Shown here: positions 13,501 through 26,100 of the stretch, piece by piece
How positions within the stretch are numbered: position 1 is the first letter of the stretch
How the letters are laid out: each line of letters opens with the position of its first letter
Notes under the pieces: model-generated
Seen by the model: the letters and a program-made list of their open reading frames with translations, nothing else
The model's database searches: none
What the model was told of the DNA's origin: nothing
Made by a program: the position numbers and the translations under genes
Assembly (NCBI GenBank): GCA_013239625.1
Contig: MU054338.1
Span: 3,185,371-3,249,370, forward strand
Reading direction: 5' to 3'
From: Lama guanicoe
Lineage: Eukaryota
Length of the DNA: 64,000 nucleotides

Positions 13501-13916
13501 GAAAGTTCCAGGAGGGCAAGGACTCAGTTTCCACCACTGTGTCTGGTACATGTGGGCACTGATGTTACTGAACAAGAGGATGGAGGCCCTGGCGGCTGGA
13601 ATGGAGCAAGTGAGGTGGGCAGGAAGGGCAGGGAGGTAGTGGGGCCAGACCAGGTAGGGCTACGTCGGCCATGAGAAGGGCTTTGGCTTTTGTTCCGTGC
13701 AAGGTGGAAGACACCAGGGGGTTTGGGGTACACCCTATTAGTATTTAGAATGTTTCTCCAGCTGCCTGTTGGGGGTGAGGGAGACAGACAGAGGAGGGGT
13801 CAGCGAGGAAGTTGCCACACTTGTCTGCTCTGGTTAAGGTGAGACTCCATACCCAGGTAGGCCCCGTCTCAGCTGAGCAACGCCCCCTCCCCACCCGCAT
13901 GACAGGGGTCAGTCAC

Positions 13917-13999
13917 CTTCTCCGGCGGCTGCTGCAGGATGGGCAGATTCTCCTCCAGCTTGTCCAGCCCCCTGTGGGCGTACTCGCTGGCAGATGTGA
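13917..13999 (-). CDS. PLIN3: Perilipin-3 exon 4 ([27 protein letters not shown])
   Basis: 83 nt, ctgcag acceptor, AAG|GTGACT donor; PAT-domain [10 protein letters not shown] motif. Confidence 0.95.
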
Positions 14000-14101
14000 C
14001 TGCAGGAGTAGGTGGGTAGGGGTGCGGGCAAAACAGACAGTTGATGGTTACCGCGCATGCGCATCCCCGGGGGCAGCGTTCTGCCGGCTTGGGGTGGGGG
14101 C

Positions 14102-14282
14102 ACAGGATGGGCTGGGCCCCGCTGACCGCCGCCGCCGTGAGGGTCTTCACGCCCTTCTCCGCCGCATCACAGACGGTCTTGACGTGCGGGTAGCTCTCCT
14201 TGGTGGACGCGTAAGCGGCGGACACCACGTGGCAGGTGGAGCTGATGAGGGGCATGCTGGCCACGCGGTCCACCACGCTGGG
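14102..14282 (-). CDS. PLIN3: Perilipin-3 exon 3 ([17 protein letters not shown]...[10 protein letters not shown]), 3' end and splice donor missing
   Basis: ccgtag acceptor; 60 codons of PAT domain; homology stops after AQPIL with no GT donor, frame stays open to exon 4. Confidence 0.92.
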
Positions 14283-15679
14283 CTACGGGGAGGCGCGGCT
14301 CAGGCCGGGGAAACGGCTCGGTTCTCCACCTCGCTCTGCACCCACGCGGTGGAACCAGCCAGGAACTCGGGGTTCCGCCATGCACTTCCTTTCTCTCCGC
14401 CCTGCAGCTCATTTGTCTGAACGCGCACTTGGAGCCCACCGTCTGCCAGGTGGCGACAGGACACAAGAGCCCCACTGTCCTGGAGCTCAGGGTCTAAAAC
14501 TCAGATCAGCAAACTATGGCCCTGAGGCCAAGTCCCGCCCACCACCTGTTTTTTGTTGTTGTTGTTTTTTAATTCTTGTCTGGTTTCTTCCTAACGACAT
14601 TGTTGCAATCTAGTTCGCACATCATAAAATTTCACCATTTTAAAATGCACGATCCAGAGGTTTTGAGTGTATTCACAAGGTTGTGCAACCCTCATCACTG
14701 ACTAATTCCGGAACTTTGTCATCACTCCAAACTCCGACCCTATTAACAGCCACTCCTTATTCTCCACTCCTTCCTGCCTCTGGCAACCACTCATCTCTGT
14801 TTCTGTGGATCTGCCTGTTCTGGAAGTTTCACATAAATGGACTCACACACCAAGGGGCTTTTTGTGTCTGGCCTCTTTCACTGAGTAATGTTTTCAAGGT
14901 TCATTCATGTAGTAGCATGGGTCAGTGCTACATTTTTTTTTTAATTGTGGAAAAAAACACATAAAATGTACCATTTAAACCAATTTTAAGTGCACAGCTC
15001 AGTGGCATTAAGTACCATTCACCCTGTTGTGTAACCATCCCACCATCCATCTCCAGGCCTTTCTCTTCTCTCCAAACCGAAACTCTGTCCCCATGAAACA
15101 CTGACTCCCCATCCCCCCCCAGCCCCTGGCCCCCACCTTCTCCTTTCTCCCTCTTGGATTTGACTCCTCTAGGGACCTTCTATAGGTGGGATTACACAGT
15201 ATTTGCCTGGCTTCTCACTGAACAAATCTGCAAGGTTCATCAATGTTGCATCGCATGTCACTACTGCATTCTTCTACGTGGCTGAATGATATCCCATTGC
15301 TGTCTGGTTTTGTAAATAAAGTTTTGTTGGCACTCGGCCACAGCCATTCCTTTACATATTGAATATGGCAGCTCTTACCCTACAAGAGCAGAACTGAGTA
15401 GTCGTGATAGCTCTTCTGAGCCTCAGTTTCCCCATCCATAAAATGGGAATTCATTCCTGTCTTGAAGGAATTGCCAAGATGACCCATGTGAAAATGAAAT
15501 CAGAAGACAACTCTCACAGTATTACTTCAATTTTACAGAAGGGTAAACTGAGGCATGGAAAGGCTAAGTAAGTCACCCAAGGTCACAAAAACAGCCACTG
15601 GCGAAGCTGGACTTTGGATTCAGGCAGTCCTCCTCCAGGGTTTATCCAGGAGGTCTCTTCAGAAGCTAACCCCGAATTT

Positions 15680-17380
15680 ACCACCCAATTCAGCAATTCT
15701 GTTCCTAGGGAATCTACCCTAGACACAGGAAAACACAGGTCCACATAAAACTGCTACATAAATGTTCATAGCAGCCTTATTCATAATGGCCAAGAAGTGG
15801 AAACCACAACCCAAATGTCCATCAATTGCTGAGTGGATAAAGAAAATGTGGAATAAGGCATGTTTTTAAAAATATATCACCTCAAAAAAAAAATCACCTC
15901 CAAATGGCTGATAGGTACAAGAAAAGATTCTCAACATCATAATCGTTAGAGAAATGCAAGTCAAAATTACAATGAGATACAACCTCACACCCTGCAATGG
16001 CTGGAATGGCTACTATCAGATAAACAGAAATTAGCAAGTGATGGTGAGGATGTGGAGAAATTGGAACCCTTGCTCACTGTTGCTGAGAATGCAAAATGGT
16101 GTGGCTACTGTGGAAAACATTGTGGTTGATTCCTTAGAAAACTAAAAACAGAATGACCATTTGATCCAGCAATTTCACTGCTGGGTATATAGACAAAAGA
16201 ACTGAAAGCAGAATCTCAAAGAGATGGTTGTATTCCCAAGTTCAAAGCAGCATTATTCACAATAGCTAAAATGTGGAAGCAACGCCAAGTGTCCATCGAC
16301 TGATAAATGAATAAACAAAATGTGGTTCATCCACACAATGGAATATGATTGAACCTTAAAAAGGAAGGAAATTCTGACACTCACTGCAACATGGATGAAC
16401 CTTGAGGACGTGACGCTGAGTATAATAAACCAGACACAAGAGGACAAAGACTGTGTGATTCCACTTATGAGGTACGTAACACAGAAGGTTCTACATTCAT
16501 AGACTGATTCTTATTCTACTTATATGAGATGTCCAGAATAGGTAAATCCACTGGCAGGAAGCAGATCAGTGGTTGTCAGGGACTGGGGGAAGAGGAGAAC
16601 AAAGTGACTATTAACGGTTATGAAGTTTCCACTTGGGATGATGGAAAAGTTCTGGAATTAGGTAGTGATGATGGTAGTATACTGGGAATATACTTAATGC
16701 CACTGACCTGCACACTGCAAAATAGGTAAAATAGTGTATTTTTATGTGTATTTGACCCCAATTTTATAAAAGGAACGAAGCACTAACAAGCTACAACATG
16801 GATGAATCTCAAAAACATACAATCTTATGGTTACCAGGGAAAAGGGGTGGGAAGGGATAAATGTGGGAGTTCAAGATTTTGAAATATTAAATACTATATA
16901 CAAAAAGAGATGAAAAACAAATTTCTTCTGTAGAGCACAGGGAACTATGTTCAATATCTTGTAATAACCCTTAATGAAAAAGAGTATGTGTGTGCGTGTG
17001 TGTGTGTATATATACATACATATATGACTGGGACATTGTGCTGTACACCAAAAACTGACACATTGTAACTGACTATACTTCAGTTAAAAAACCAAAACAA
17101 AAAACATTATGCTCAGGGAGAGAAGCCAGACATAAAAGGGTTTCATATCATATGTTTCCATTTATACGAAATGTCCAAAATAGGCAAATCCTGAGAGACA
17201 GAACCTAGATGAGTGGTGGCCCAGGAGGAGGGGGAACAGGGAGTTGACTGTTAATGGGTCTGGGGTCTCTTTTGGGGCAGATGAAAAATGTCTTAACTGT
17301 GTGGTGGTGATAGCTATCTAACTTGGTAGTTAACTAAAATCATTGAGTAGTACCCTTCCTGGTATGTGAATCATACCTTA
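15680..17380 (+). mobile_element. Cluster of nested L1 3' fragments (L1MB-like host with a younger L1 3'UTR at 16819-17099)
   Basis: L1 ORF2 C-terminal motifs (gatgtggagaaattggaaccc, atggatgaacctt); inner copy flanked by AAAAACAT duplication. Confidence 0.8.
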
Positions 17381-17399
17381 TTTTTAAAAAGTTGTTTAT

Positions 17400-17535
17400 T
17401 TTTATTTGTTTCTCAGGGGGGAGGTAATTAAGTTTATTCATTTAATTATATTTTTAATGGAGTTGCTGGGGATTGAATCCAGGACCTTGTGCATGCTAAG
17501 CACATGTTCTACCACTGAGCTATACCCTCCCCCCC
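17400..17535 (-). mobile_element. Short tRNA-derived SINE (camelid Vic-1-like), near full length
   Basis: Reverse complement GGGGGAGGGTATAGCTCAGTGGTAGAACATGTGCTTAGCATGCACAAGGTCCTGGATTCAATCCCCAG. Confidence 0.85.
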
Positions 17536-17881
17536 ACAAAAAAGATATTTATTAAAGGGACCTTCATTTAAATTGGGGAGAGGAGGTGGAAAAGAGACTG
17601 ACTTCCTAGGAGGAGGACCTTAAGAGAACCTGCAGAGACAGGGAAGATGTGTCTGGGGGAGTTAGGCAGCTTCAGCGTGGCACTCCTGTTCTCCCAAGAG
17701 ACCTTGGCATCCCCAGTTCTCCTACCTCCATCTGCTAGTGGGGAGCCAGTTAGGGCTTGTACGATGGCTCTCTCCAGCCCACTCAGAGAGTATTGCTCGA
17801 GCTTCCTGCGCTGCCAGCAGCTCGCTGCCGCGGCACCGCCGCATGGGAAGATGCGTCCCACAGACCACAGACCTTCCTCAC

Positions 17882-17947
17882 CTGCTGTATTGGTTCTCCT
17901 GCTGTCACCTGGGTGCTGGCGGCGGCTTCTGTCTCGTCAGCAGACAT
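17882..17947 (-). CDS. PLIN3: Perilipin-3 exon 2 coding part (MSADETEAAASTQVTAGEPIQQ); exon begins about 17963
   Basis: ATG at 17947, 66 nt, CAG|GTGAGG donor, ttcacag acceptor at 17965-17964; resembles human MSADGAEADGSTQVTVEEPVQQ. Confidence 0.93.
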
Positions 17948-20366
17948 TTCTCAGACACAGGAACTGTGAACAGAAGGACTAGTCGGGGCACAGCCTGCTC
18001 CCTCCAGGGGGAAGTCCGGATTTACACTGCCCTCTGACCACCTCGTCACCACCATCTCCTAAAGCCCTGCTCACAACCCTTAACACGCCTGTTCAGAGCG
18101 GGTGCTGGCTCAGCAGGGTAGAAGTCTGCTGGTTTGACAAGCTCCCAGGTGCGGCTGCTGCAGCCGGCCACCAGGCCACACCCAGACGGGCAAGGTCTGC
18201 ACACAGCCCTCCAAGGTACTCTGGGGGACACTTACGATGTGAACCCTCTGTGGACGGCAATTTGTCAATTACCACCAGGTTTCAAGAGGCATATTCCCTT
18301 TGACCCAGAAACCTCATTGCGGGGACAGCCCCACACCTGTACTGCCACGTGGACAGAGATGTATGGACCTGTGTTAGCCACAAGAAGACACTGGAAACAA
18401 CCTGGTTGCCCAGCAAAAAGGGACTAAAGAAAGTAAGAGTGGCAGCCCAGGGCGGTGGCAAAACAAAGAGTAGAAACTTACATGTAATTGACAAAGTTAA
18501 GATACTGTGAGGAGACAAAAGATGTGAGTGGGGTTAAAGTTTTTGCTTGTATTTGCACAGAATCTTTAAAGAGTTAACAGTGGCCACCTTTCAGGGAGGA
18601 AGAATGGGTAGCTGGGGCCGGCCTCAGACTTTTGAGCCAGGTAGATAACATTTCCTGTTCCAAAAAAACAGTTAGGCTTAAAAAAAAAAGTTAGACCATG
18701 CCTGACTACTTTGAAGACCAGTCGGGTCAGACTCAGGGATGTGGGGAGGGCGAAGGAGGCTCCCCAGTTGAATCTAATGGACACGTTTGCAGGCACCATG
18801 GCAGCCACAGGTGTGCTCCACTTTCCTGGCCAGGTGAGATGAGAGCATTTTCAGATTAGATTTCAGGAGTCCCAGCTCTAGCCATGCTGTGCTATGTTGG
18901 GCAACAAGCAACCCCTCAGCTGGCCTCACTCCTCTCATCTCTGTAAAATGGGGCTAAAGGTAGTGCCTGCCTTAAGGCTGGTTCCCTACGCAATTCTGGG
19001 GTGAGCCTGTGGAGAACCCCTGACCTTGAGTCTGAGCATTTCCTTCCAGACACCAAGTTTTGCCATCCCCGCAAGTGGGATCTGGCAAACTGATGTTTTG
19101 AGGGCACCAGTTCTGGAGTTCAAACAGGGTTCTAATCTGGGCTTTGCAATTCCTTAGCTGTGGGGGCTTGGAAAGACAGCACCTCCTCTGGGAGTGTCAC
19201 TTGCCACATCTATGGGGTGGGGATAATCATTCCCAGCTCAGAGTCCCTATGGATTGGACGAGAGGCTGCACATATGTCACTTAGCTTGGTGCCTGAAACA
19301 TAGTAGGTGCTCAATAAACAGATCCATTTCACACCACTCTGCCTGCCACACAGAAACAGGGGAGCCAGCCAGGAATGAGCCTCTGCTTGGTACAAAAGTC
19401 CCCCAACTGGGAAGTGGGGCCAGGAGGCACACCTACCCCTGGTGATCATCACCTTACTCCTTTCTTTCTCTCACCTTCCCTGGGCAGCTTAGAGGTCCTC
19501 CCTCCCATCTCCTTTGGCCATCAATCCCTCTGGAACCAGCTTAACCAAGGGCGGGCACTGCAGATGTCAAACACCCCCAATACAGTCCTTGGGGTCAGCA
19601 ACCTGCCTGCCTCTGGCCCCAGCTGTGAGAGCAAGAGCTGGTGGGAACTGGCTGGAGTCACGTAGCCGTGCAGCTGTAGGCAGGGCTGCTAAGATCCAAC
19701 TTCCAAAATTCTCCAGGCCCAGGCAGTCATTTTTCAAAGGTCCCAAGGACTCCTACAAGGGGTAGGCCTTCTCATCCGCCACTTTGTGCAATCCGTTGAC
19801 CACAAACCCCCAGTTAAAGGGGGCGGGGTTTGCCCAAGACCTCATCAGGGTCAGCTGCTGGGCCAAAAGGAGAGCAAGGGAGAGGCCAAGCCCCAGGCGG
19901 TCAAACCATTTGAAGGGGAGGGGGCTTTGCTAGGCAGAGGGATTGCCGCCGGATGGGATGGGGTGGGGTGGGGGTGCCGCTCTGAAGACCCGGGAGGGCA
20001 GAGTTTCTGTGCGGAAAGGAATGGGCTACGGCTTCCCTCCAAAGTGTGTTTGTAAAGCAAGAGAATGTGGTTTGGGACTGGAGACTTTGCCCCGCCTTGA
20101 TAATGCCACATCGAAGAAGCCCTTTCGTGCGCCCCCCACCGAAAGTCCCAGATATTGAGAGGAAAGAGTTTGAAAGTCTGAGCCTTTTTCAGAAGTTGGA
20201 ATTTTGGTGGGGGGAGGGGCGCTCAGCCCAGGTTGGAGACCCCCTCCCCTGGCCACGGAGACAATCAGAGCCCGAGGAAAGGTCCTCCCCGCCCCTTCCT
20301 CCCTTGGGGCGCACCAGGACTCAGCGGCCCCTGCCCCTACCTCAATCCGGGGACCCCGCCTCTCAC

Positions 20367-20430
20367 CGCGGTCAGCGAGACGTCCAGGGCGTGGCAGCCA
20401 CTACTTGAAGGCCAGCTCCAAAACTGTCCT
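20367..20430 (-). other. PLIN3: Probable non-coding exon 1 of PLIN3
   Basis: GCG|GTGAGA donor at 20367/20366 just downstream of a TATA-like CATAAAAG; 5' end approximate. Confidence 0.7.
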
Positions 20431-20680
20431 AAGCCAGCGCAAAGTGGGCCTTTTATGTTTGGGGGCGGGCACCTGAGAGTGACGGAGCGAAGGGCCAATC
20501 CGGTTGGGAGTCGCGCCAGGCCACGCCTCCTCTCCGGGCCCGGGAAGTTGGAGCCACAGGCGAAGTCCGCGGATGGCCGGTCTTGGCCGGCCGCTCGCGC
20601 CCCCCCAGCCATACCCTCGGTGGGCGACCCCTGTACGACGCCGGATCCAACCAAGGGACGTCCCCTTCCCATCAGGGACC
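20430..20680 (-). promoter_or_regulatory. PLIN3 CpG-rich promoter
   Basis: CATAAAAG (minus strand, 20450-20457), GC box GGGGCGGG 20462-20469, CCAAT 20495-20499, high CpG density. Confidence 0.75.
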
Positions 20681-22441
20681 CTATGAATTCGGCCCTGGGA
20701 TGTGAGTGCAATCCTGGGGTCCCCCGCCCCCTCTTTCTCCAGTGGCCAAACCGAGGCTGTGAGAACTGAGATTCTTGCGTAATGCTCCCAGCTTGTCAGG
20801 GGCCACGCACCCACCTACCCTGGGCACGAGAGTAATGGAGCCAAGCCCAACCCAGCATTATGAACAGCTTGCCCTGACCTGCATGGGGCCGCTTAATTCT
20901 CCCCATACTATGTGTCCCTTATCACCCCCATTTTACAGATTAGAAAAACTGAGGCCCAGGGACAGTGCAGGGGCTAACTCTTGGATCTCTGACCCCTGGA
21001 TCAACTGCTTGTAGAAGGTGTGTCACTTGGATTTCCCTCCACCCACAATCATTTATTCTTTTGGTCTATAGACGAGGGTCTCAAACTTAGATGGCCTCAG
21101 GGGCCAGGCAGGAGGTAAATGCCTCTGCTAAAAAAGTGGCAGAATGCCCTGCCTAGAGGGAGCAGAGCCTTACCCTGGGGAGACCCCCCAGAGACTCACA
21201 GATTCATGGGGATTCCAGACTGTGAATAAAGTGTCCTGCCTCTTAGAAAACTTCTGGACCAAGTAAAACACAATGGGGCCAGATCCAGTCCATCAGCTAC
21301 TAGTTTGCCACCTCTGCTAAATTATGTAGGTTTGGGTGGGACTTCTGGATAGACTGTGTGATAGACCTTTCTGAGATTTGGGGAATGTTCTAGAATTCTG
21401 CAGCATCCAATATAGTGGCCACCAGCACCATTTGTCTGTTGCACACCAAGAAACCGAATACATATATTTAAGTAGCCACATGCAGCTTGTCAGATTCCTT
21501 AGTGAGTCTGAGGCCCCAAAATTATTAAGGCAGATATATCAAATTATAACAGATAAAAAGTTTACATTTGCTGCAGGCCTTTTTTCCTACTCACTTGTTC
21601 TTTTTTCCTACTCATTCTTCATTCAACCGTTCTTACTGATCTGCTGTGCTGGGTGAGAGAAGCACAGGAGTGAGTAAAATAGATCTCAGCCTTGTGATGC
21701 TCACCACCCCATGAGGGAATAGACAGTAAATGAGACAAGTGAAATGCAAACTGGATCAGGTAGTGGTCAGTGCTACTAAGAAAAACAAAGGGCTGGGACT
21801 GAGAATGTGGGGCCTGCCCTTTTTAATAGGGTGGTCAGGGGAGGCCTTTCAGAGTGCCATTTGATCACAGAAATTAGGGAGGAGAGATGGGAAGAGCATT
21901 CCTGATGATGGCAATAGCATGTGCAAAGGCCCTGAGGCTGGACCACACCTGGTGATTTGGAGATGCAGCCAAACCCATGTGTGACTGAAGCAGAGTGAGG
22001 AGAGGGAGAGAGCTAGAGAAGAACAGGTCTGGGATGTGTAGAGCTCAGAGAAGTTAAAGGACTTGTCAAAGGTCACAGAGCTGGGAAGTCACCCAGAGAT
22101 ATGCCTGGTAGCCTTCAGCCTCCGAGTGGCCATCAGTGCTGGGATATGACCAAAATATTCCTAGTCAAGGAGATGTAACTCAATTCTGAGTTGGAAAATA
22201 AAGTTCCGGTTATTTTGTCCCACATCTTCTGAACCAAAGGAGAGCAGCCATCCTCACCTTCTTCCGTGGTGTGGGGATCAACCCCACCTCCAGTCCCTTG
22301 TGAGCACAGTCAAGGGCACATGTGTGGGTGGGGAGGGGAAGGAAACATGGCCACACCATCGACCCTTAGCACTCCTTTCCAGCACCACTGCCCCTTCCTC
22401 CTGGAAGCCTTCCTGCCTGCCTCCCCAGGCTCCCCCAGGCT

Positions 22442-22640
22442 TAGGTTGCCAGTTAAAATACAGGATGTCCAATTATATTTGCATTTCAAATCAACAACAC
22501 ATACACTGGGGAGGTATAAATATATTCTGGGCAATATTTGGGATGTATTTACACTAAACATTATTCATTGCTGATATGGAATTCAAATTGAGCTGAGCAT
22601 CCTGTTTATTTTTGCTGTTTTTGCTAAACCTGACAACCCT
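22442..22640 (+). mobile_element. MER53 palindromic hAT MITE; other copies 25372-25541 and 33373-34105 (split by L1)
   Basis: aggttgccagttaaaatacaggatgtcc ... aaacctgacaaccct inverted ends. Confidence 0.8.
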
Positions 22641-22952
22641 ACCCCCAAACTTTTGTCCCTTTCTTTGCCCCAGGGATGTCTTCATGAAAATTCTGTCACT
22701 TCCCAGCCTTGGCAGGGGGCGGGGGTGGAGTAGGGGATCCTTGAGGGTAGCAACTATCCAGGAGGCCTGGGGTGAGAGGTAAGAAATAGTTGCTGAATAC
22801 ATTATTCAGAGGCCTGATTTTGATTCCCCCCCGTTTTCTCGTTGAGGAAGCAAAGGATTCAAGAGGAGATGTAATTTGCGTCAGACACACAGCCAGAAAT
22901 GAATGGTTGCGGGTTTTGGACTCAAAGTCTGAGTTTCTGAGATCACTGGCTG

Positions 22953-23041
22953 CTCCCTCCTCCTCCTCCTCCTCCCCCCTTCCCCTTCCTCCTCTTCCTC
23001 CTCTTTCTTCCCCTTCCCCTCCCTCTTCCCCTCCCCCTCTC
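22953..23041 (+). repeat. Pure polypyrimidine low-complexity tract
   Basis: About 89 nt of only C/T, starting with (CCT)n. Confidence 0.9.
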
Positions 23042-23122
23042 AATCCCCTTCTAGTGGAAGGACTGAAAACTCAGATGGTTTCCACTGAAGCGTAGGAGAG
23101 GGAGAGGCAGGCAAGCATTGTG

Positions 23123-23138
23123 CCACAAGGTGGCGCTG
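23123..23138 (+). promoter_or_regulatory. CTCF motif
   Basis: CCACAAGGTGGCGCTG in unique intergenic sequence. Confidence 0.6.
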
Positions 23139-26100
23139 CTGCTCCCAGATTATCCCGGTCAGTCGTCCGTCTGTCCGTTAATCAAGCATCCCCTGTTATA
23201 TGTGAGCCAGGCCAGACCTGGCCATGAGGACCCAGCGATTCACTGGATATTCAGTCATTCGACAAACAATTATTAAGCACCTGCTGCGTTCTAGACTGCT
23301 GCTGGGCAGCCATGGGGACCCAGTCTCCACCTCTGCCTTTGTGGCTTTCATAGTGCACTGGGGAGACCCGCATGGGACCAGCAGGACCTCACGAAGACCT
23401 TCACAGGCCTGGGAAACCCGTGCCATTGCAGGCGCCTCCTTCCTTGAAAAAATATTACAGGTGATCTTTTACGACTGTGTTGGTATTATTTTATTCATTT
23501 TTTTCTTCTGCTTTAAAGATAAATTCAAATGAACCCATTTGGTGTGTTCCTAAAAGTGTTGTGGGCCCTGGGTCTCCTGTGTCTGATGACAGGGTGGCTC
23601 TGAGGACCTGGTGGATGAAATGGAGGTGGTCAGGGCTGTGAGGGGGGTGCACTGGCATGGTGGAGCCCAGAGGAGTCGCTGAACTTAGATTTGGGGGCTG
23701 GTCCTGGAAGGCTTCTAGGAGGAGGTGAAGTCTAATCTGAGGCCTGGGAGATGAGTAGGGTTCAGGCCGGTAAAGGTACTTGAGAGCTGTTCCAGGCAAA
23801 GGGAACAGAGAGGGTGAAGGTGCAGAGTGAGGCTGGAGGGTGGGGAGTGTCAGGGAGGAGAGATGGAGCTAGGCAGATTGGCAAGGGCCTGGCTGACTAG
23901 TCCTGGGGGCACTGGGGAGCCACAGAAAGTTCTGGAGTGGGGTCAGCTGGGGTCTGTTAGAACATTCCAAAGATCTCTTGGGCCACTCTTTGGATAAAGA
24001 AAACCTGGGAGAGGAAAACGAGCCCACCTGCTTCAGTCTTGGAAGGTGGAAGGGGATGGTGCAGGAGGACATTGCAGGCACAGTGATGTTTATTCATTCA
24101 GGAATTATTTATTAAGTGCCTCTTGTGTGCCCTGATCAGGATAGAGCAGTGAGCCAGACAGAAAATCCCTGCCCCTGTGGAGCTGACATCCTAGTGGGAG
24201 AGACAGACCACACACCACACTCACCACATAGTGTATTAGAAGGTGTTGTGAGTTGTAGAGAAAAAGACAGCAGGAAAGTAGGTTGGGGAGTTGGAGTGGT
24301 TTGTATTTTGTTTTAACAATATAACATTTTTTATTGATTTATAATCATTTTACAATGTTGTGTCAACTTCCAGTGTACAGCACAATTTTTCAGTTATACA
24401 AGAACATATATATATTCATTGTCACATTTTTTTCTCTGTGTGCTACCATAAGATCTTATGTATATTTCCCTGTGCTATACAGTATAATCTTGTTTATCTA
24501 TTCTATGGTTTGTAATTTTAAATAAGGTAGACCAGGGAGACCTCCCTGAGGAGGTGACAGTTGAGCTGAGACCTGGAGGAGGGGAGGCTGTTGGACTGTG
24601 TGGCTATTGGGAGGAGGTGTGCTCCAGGCAGCAGCAACAGCACATGCAAAGGCCCTGGGGCAGACCCTGTCTGGCCTGTTGGAGGAATAGTAAGGAGCCT
24701 GTGTGTCTGGAATAGACTGAGCAAAGGAGAGGAAGGGAGGAGGTGAGGGCAGGGAGGGACGGGGCAGGTTGTGCAGGACCTTGTGGGCCTCAGGGAGGAT
24801 TTGGGCTTTTACCCAGAGGGAAGTGGGAGCCCTGGAGGGCTGTGGGCAGAGGAGGGTCTGGACTGACTCAGGTTGTAGTGATGAGCTGTACCTGAGAACC
24901 TGAGAGAGCAGGAAGCGTTTGGGAAACCCCAGCTCATTGGAGAAGGAGGCAGGCAGGAGCTTGTGGTTGGGATTGGTTGGAGTCCTGCTGGGGAATGGGC
25001 TTCTAACATCAAGCAGAGATTTCTGGGCCTTTATTGTGAGAGCGGTGGGGAGCAGTGGGGATTCAGAGCAGGGGATGGGCCTTGTTCAGGTCTCTGGGGA
25101 CCAGGGTGTGGAGCCTTGGAGATTCAGGGAAGGGTGGAGGGATGTGGGGGGCAGGCAGGAGCTCATGGCCCCTGTCTGCTGGGAGCCGTGGGCAGATGGG
25201 AGGGAGAGTGGACTGGCTGAGGTGGAAGGTGAGGCTGACATGGGTCTCTGGCTGAGAGTCCAATCGGGGGTGGACAGTGGGGCCATCCCTAAGGCTGGGA
25301 CCAGCAGAAGAGCAAATCTGGGGAGTGGGGGACGTTGGAAAGCAGTTTTGCTTCTCCCAAAGCCCCTGGCCTAGGTTTGCAGATATAGCAACTAAAAATA
25401 TAGGCCATCCAGTTAAATGTGAATTTCAGATACACCGTGAATATTTTTTGGCATAAGTATGTCCCAAATATTGCAAGGGACATACTTACGCTGAGAAATT
25501 ACTCATTTCCCTACTCGTCCTGCATATTTTCTGGCAACCCTGCCCCAGCCAGGACATGCCTGCCCACGTCTTCCCCGCCATCTCAGCTCCAGCCAATGCG
25601 TGGACAGCCTGACCAACTGCGGAATGATGGCCAGAAGGCAGGGTTTTGTCTCCTTGGCGTGCTCGCTGCGGGAAGCGGGGGTCTTTTAACATACAGGCCC
25701 TGGCCCATCCCCGCCCCCCCAGCCCTGGTGGCGCCAGCTGCCCGCTGCCCCCTGCGCGGCTTGGGGGAGGGGAGCTGCTCCCAGCCCCACTGGCCCCTTG
25801 TGCCGGCCCTCCTGGGCCAGGCGGGTCCCACTGGGCACCCCCAGTCCCGGAAAGCAGAGCCAGGGGTCCAGGCAGTGGGACGGCCTCCACATGGCCTTTG
25901 TCCCCGTCCATCCTGGTGGCCCATCCTGCTGTGAGTCGGACATCAGAGGCCCCTCGGTCTTTCTGTGAAGTTTTGCAGGCAGAGCGGACAGACTTCCTTG
26001 TCAGAATGTACCGGAAGGACAGAGGCCTGGGGGCAGCTGACCAGGAACCAGATCCCTCGGGGCCGCGGCCAACACCCACCCCCGCCACCCCCACACTGAG

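Noticed and set aside
14000..14051. Cryptic donor GCG|GTAACC as a replacement for the missing PLIN3 exon 3 donor
   Set aside because: It would give a 52-nt intron, below the usual mammalian minimum, and a phase-0 end where exon 4 needs phase 1, so a frameshift
17400..17535. tRNA-like A/B-box sequences as tRNA genes
   Set aside because: Multi-copy, tailed and lacking a full cloverleaf; these are SINEs
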